The position numbers and the translations under genes are program-made. Shown in pieces: positions 58,773 to 64,000 of a stretch of DNA of 64,000 nt (position 1 is the stretch's first letter; each line of letters begins with the position of its first letter). Source of the stretch: Octopus vulgaris (taxonomy: Eukaryota); contig OX597835.1 of NCBI GenBank assembly GCA_951406725.2, positions 44,082,001 through 44,146,000 of the forward strand, written 5' to 3'. The notes beneath the pieces were generated by a model. It saw only the letters and a list, made by a program, of their open reading frames with translations. It was not told the DNA's origin and did not search any database.

Positions 58773-59333
58773 GTACATTTTCTTATAAATGTATATCTCT
58801 ATGTAGGCATATATATATGGAACGATTGACGTACATATGTATTTATATATCTTACGCTGCAATATATCATTATATAATATTATCATATAATATTTATACA
58901 AACACTTAGAAATACTTATATGGTTTACCTATTTCAATGTGCATCAACATAAACAGATCTGTGGTTTTAGTACTATAAACATTGCCCTGTTTCTATGGTA
59001 ACCTCTACTGACTTTAACCAATGTGCGATAAAATACAAAGCTTCATTCGATATGCCACTTTGTAGCTCGGATACGTTCAGTTGGCAAAATCAATAATTCG
59101 TTTGCAGGCATACAGACACCCACACACAGATACGCACTTACACGGACACATCTCGCAAAACACAAATAACCATTCGTTCGTGCGCCCACATTCACACATA
59201 CACACATACGTATATATAAGTACATATATATGTACATATATGTATAGGTAAGAGTATATGCACGCACGTATAATGTACATATATTTATAGATATATTATA
59301 TATGAATATTTATCTATATATATATATGTTTTT

Positions 59334-59371
<38 letters not shown>

Positions 59372-59507
59372 AATATAATATGTGACAATTATTCGGTAGC
59401 CATGATAAAACTCCGAGTTTATAAGTATTTATGTATATATGTATATATATATATATATGTATGTATATATGTGTGTGTTTATATATGTATATATAATGTT
59501 TATCTAC

Positions 59508-59564
<57 letters not shown>

Positions 59565-59604
59565 GTATTGTGTATATATATATATATTGTATATATGTAT
59601 ATAC

Positions 59605-59636
<32 letters not shown>

Positions 59637-59778
59637 CTATATACATATATATACATATATAAATACTATATATACTATATATATTATATACTATATATAT
59701 ATATAGTGTATATATATCGTACATATATATATATATACACATATCTATAAATATGTATGTATATATATATATATATAC

Positions 59779-59845
<67 letters not shown>

Positions 59846-60516
59846 ATATCTTGTATATATATATATATATTCCTAACGATGTAATGTGTGTTTGAGAACG
59901 TTGTATGAGCGGGTTACTAACAGCGGGTGAATATATTTCAATTGATAATACGCCCGTGGAACCAAAATGAAAGTAAAATTGGAAGAAATTGGACGAAATT
60001 TATGAAATTCGTAAAAACAAATTTAATTACTTTGTGTTGACTAACAGACACACTTGTAAAGCGAGAGACCAATTTTATCTGGAATTGCGAGCGTGTGTAC
60101 ATGTATTAGGTTTTCGCTTTAAAGTGGTACTGTCCCTGTGGCTTTTGATACGAATCTGAAGATGCTGCTTGTAGCGTTCAGCGATCATCTCAGCAGACAC
60201 GTCTGGTTACTTCGCATTATGTGGTAAATACTTTTTTTTAGGATATGTTAAGTTTTTATAGTCCCATAGAAGTGTATTCCCTATGAAATTAGAGTTTCGA
60301 CCAGTCTTGACAATTGTGTGATAATTCAATTCAGAAATTCTGTTCTACTCTTCTATCACTGGTTTCAGCCAGAGGTTGTGGCCATGCTGAGGCACTGCCA
60401 TTAGCACTAATGCTTGCGTATGTTCGACTCATTTCTTTGCCCTGGTGAAGTAGTGAATTGGAAACAGCTGCAGTTCTTCACATTTCTTGTTGTGATGAAG
60501 ATGGATCTGACACACA

Positions 60517-60555
<39 letters not shown>

Positions 60556-60610
60556 ACATACACACACACACATAGAATAATGAATAAATAAATTGTATAT
60601 ATATATACTT

Positions 60611-60643
<33 letters not shown>

Positions 60644-60769
60644 ATTATTGTATATCTTTCGTATCTTCCCTCCAAGGTGTAGAATCTCCTCTTTTAGCCT
60701 CACCCGGTAGCTCATCAGTTGCAATCTTTTTGGTGTAGTGGTGTTTGATAGTCTCAAGCGCTGCTGCTA

Positions 60770-61620
60770 ATTTGACGTCTTACACAGACCATAATTGGGA
60801 GCAGCAGCCTAAGCAATTGAGTACAATTGTCCCCCAAAGAATAAAAATGGTTTCCTTTTTCCGTGTTCTCAGAATCCAGCCAATCAGTCACCGGTATATC
60901 GTCAAAAATGTCACCAGCATTTTTCCAGTTCCCAGAATATTTTCTTGATCTTTGTGTAATACAGTAGCGCTCTACTGGCTCTACCGAAGTTCCTTGTGTA
61001 TTCTCTTGTCTTGGATGCTAAAAACATATATTTCCCCAACGCATTTTTGCATGCAATGAAGTCTTCATAGTTACTTATATTACAGTTTTCAAGGATATTA
61101 ATGTTTGATAACTTTGCGAACCTACGATGTATTATTTGGTATCTTTTTTTTATCACATGAAATGTAACAGAAAATGTAAAAATGCCACGCAAAAAGCATC
61201 TAAAAATAATTATATGATCTCTGTATAGCGTCCATTTTCCGAACAATTTTGAGATAATTTCACATCCATTTAACTGAGATATTCCTATCTTATCAAAGGC
61301 ACTCGAATATATTTTCTGATGTATAGGCTTTACCAAAACGAACAACGACCTCTCTTTCAATTCTAATATTTAAGCGTTCCGTAGAGCTGCTGAAGTAGTA
61401 AAAGGAAGTGACAACTTTAACTGGATTATCATCTATTTTTGTTCTGACAGGTTTTGTCAATGACAGATTTCTGCTAGGCTGAAGAACAAGTGCAGTTTTT
61501 GTGATTCAGTAATATTTAATTCTTGCTTGTTTTGAAAACCTGTTTTAAAAAAATCTTCTATTCTTTCGAGATAAAGAAAGAAGAGCTCAAAGTCACTTGT
61601 GAAAGAAAGAGTTTGCTCAT
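60770..61620 (-). pseudogene. Possible highly decayed transposon coding remnant
   Basis: Non-repetitive stretch with a 149-aa ORF (60911-61360) and adjoining short ORFs. No diagnostic motif is securely recognised. Confidence 0.25.
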
Positions 61621-61730
61621 TAAATGAAGCCTAAGTTTAATAGAAGCATCGAACAGCAGTGCAAAGAACAAACATTCTCTTGAGTGAAACTATGCTTTGC
61701 ACATGCTCTGTCATCAAATATTAAAAAAAA

Positions 61731-61891
61731 GCGTAGGAGTGGCTGTGTGGTAAGTAGCTTGCTTACCAACCACATGGTTCCGGGTTCAGTCCCTCTGCGT
61801 GGCATCTTGGGCAAGTGTCTTCTGCTATAGCCCCGGGCCAACCAATGCCTTGTGAGTGGATTTGGTAGACGGAAACTGAAAGAAGCCTGTC

Positions 61892-61945
<54 letters not shown>

Positions 61946-62170
61946 ATATGTTTGTGTGTCTGTGTTTGTCCCCACAACATCGCTTGACAACCGATACTGG
62001 TGTGTTTACGTCCCCGTAACTTAGCGGTTCGGCAAAAGAGACCGATAGAATAAGTACTAGGCTTACAAAGAATAAGTCCTTGGGGTCGATTTGCTCGACT
62101 AAAAAGGTGGTGCTCCTTCATGGCCACAGTCAAATGACTGAAACAAGTAATAGAGTAAAAGAGTAAAAGA
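61731..62170 (+). mobile_element. SINE family A, full length
   Basis: Matches the family consensus end to end. Confidence 0.9.
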
Positions 62171-62224
62171 GATATGTAGGACTGGAAAGAAAATTGTTCC
62201 CATTTTCTTGGCAGTATGTAATTA

Positions 62225-62437
62225 CAGGGTGGCCCCAAAGTAGGTTTTTACAGTTATTCAACTCTCTCTTTCGCATTCATATATTAACAGTTTTGATCTT
62301 AATTATAAATAATATGAAACCATCATTCTATGCTAATTTAGTTAATTGTAAGATAAAAATTTAAATGTAATAAAATGTTTTAAAAGAAATTTAAATTGCT
62401 TATGAGATAATTGCGAACCTACATTTGGACCACCCTG
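62225..62437. mobile_element. Tc1/mariner-type MITE (same family as 45160-45395, opposite orientation)
   Basis: TA|cagggtggccccaaagtagg ... cctacatttggaccaccctg; internal sequence is the reverse complement of the 45160 copy. Confidence 0.75.
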
Positions 62438-62622
62438 CATGTAATGTATAGATGTTTATATGTATGCATGCCTTTATGCTTGCGTTTATGCCATAGTTCT
62501 AATTATTTGAATTCTTCCTGTAGAGAAGGAGCCAGTTTTTAACAAAACAAAATTTCCATTCCTAGAATGTGGATAACACTAATAGTAAGCGTTCCAAGAT
62601 TATATATACATGGGCATATACA

Positions 62623-62853
62623 TAGTGAGAATTTACAAACAAACAAAAGACGAAGACGAGTGTGTAAGCAACAAACAGATGTATTAGTTTAACGCTTGAG
62701 AAGTCAGAAAGTCTTTTACGTTTCGTACCTACGCTCTTCGACAGAAAGGAACACAAAAATAAACAGGGAGAGAAAATAAAAAAAAGGTTTAGTGGCTAGC
62801 GATCTACCATGGCGAATGCCGGACAGAGGGGTCACACACGAGAGCTAGGAAGA
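62623..62853 (-). mobile_element. Short HHR-bearing repeat (family H), copy 5
   Basis: Same body; HHR 62713-62748 cttt-CTGTCGA-A-GAGC-gtag-GTAC-GAAAC-GTA-aaag. Confidence 0.75.
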
Positions 62854-62916
62854 CGTGTATACATATTTATATATATATTTTTCCGTGTTAATTGTTAACA
62901 AGGTAAAAATACACTC

Positions 62917-62948
<32 letters not shown>

Positions 62949-64000
62949 TTCTTTTCTCCTTGTTTCTCTCCTTGTTTTTTTCTGGGCACTCAACTACGAG
63001 TCCACTGCATCTTACAGCAGAAACAGCTGTAAGCTAATGAAGTGCTTGAGACAATCTTTTAATCTTTTTTCATCTCATTTTATTGAAACGCACATCCTCG
63101 CGCGCGTACCCTCCCCAGAGTTTTATTTTTTGCGACTGAAACCAAATTCTTGTCGCGTCTCGAGCTTTATGGCATTGCGAGTTTCCGGCGCATACATTTA
63201 CGTTGGTGTTATGTTTGTGTGTAAATTACCATGAGTCGCTTGAGGCCTTGAATCAATCAGAAAAAATGTCCTCACCAAGGTGTACGCCATAGAAAATTCT
63301 GGTTGTTTTAAGGGTGATCTGTCGCACCCCACCAACGCCTTCGACAACGTTAGCATCCTTTCTGATACCATCTTGTGTACTAAAATTTCAGACACGTAAA
63401 TAAACTTCGAGGAGACGCAAATGTAAAACAAAGATAAACAGTTAAATGGGTGACGGTAGAAGCCATTGATATATTTCTGGTCAGTAAAATTAATGTTAGT
63501 CATGATATGTCGCATAGTTTGTACGAAAGGGAACTGGATACTTTAAATAAGATAGGTATATTGTTACATTTCTTAAGCCTGTCGTGGATTAAATGGAATA
63601 AAGACAGATTAAGGGAAATAATTACACAGAATAATAATCATTAAACCACATTTGTAAAGGCAACACTATATCAGAGAATAATTTTACCGGTGTTGAGAAG
63701 AGGTTTTGAAGTAGCTAAATTAAATTAGATCGTCGTACAATAGGCATAATAGTTAAATTGAGTCTATTAAAGTATAGTCTGTGTTAAGGAAATAAAAGTT
63801 TACTGCAAATTAGATGATGTTAAAAATAATGGCGACATATTTTATGGAATATTCTACGCTTCGGGAATAAAATGGAAACTGAAAGTTTGTGTGAACGCTA
63901 AGAAAGAGAAAGAAACGTAACGAAGGCAAAATAATTATCGGGAAAGTAAAGCATATTAACACTTTTGGTCCTTCACAGAATCCTAGGGTTCTGTGATAAG

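Overview
This is an AT-rich, microsatellite-saturated animal genomic window. The SINE families look like those of Octopus (inference from recognised repeat consensus motifs). I find no supportable host protein-coding exon, and nearly all ORFs in the track are translations of simple repeats. The one real long ORF (4179-5669) is a 5'-truncated but uninterrupted Penelope-like retroelement of the Naiad type (RT + Zn-finger + C-terminal GIY-YIG), with a hammerhead-ribozyme (HHR) motif in its 3' region. The most striking signal is about a dozen minimal type-I HHR motifs from at least six unrelated short non-coding repeat families. They share one architecture (one extra purine between the core and stem II, a tiny and usually palindromic stem III) and carry non-canonical cores (A6U, A9C, compensatory U3-A8). 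Several sit in fold-back elements, one of them made of two circular permutations of a ~150-nt monomer. The solo copies all lie on the minus strand. The rest of the window is tRNA-derived SINEs (three or four families), LINE fragments (Tx1-like, R4/Dong-like, CR1-like, RTE-like), two non-autonomous Helitrons, MITEs and a decayed hATm-like transposase. All coordinates were read by eye and may be off by a few bases.
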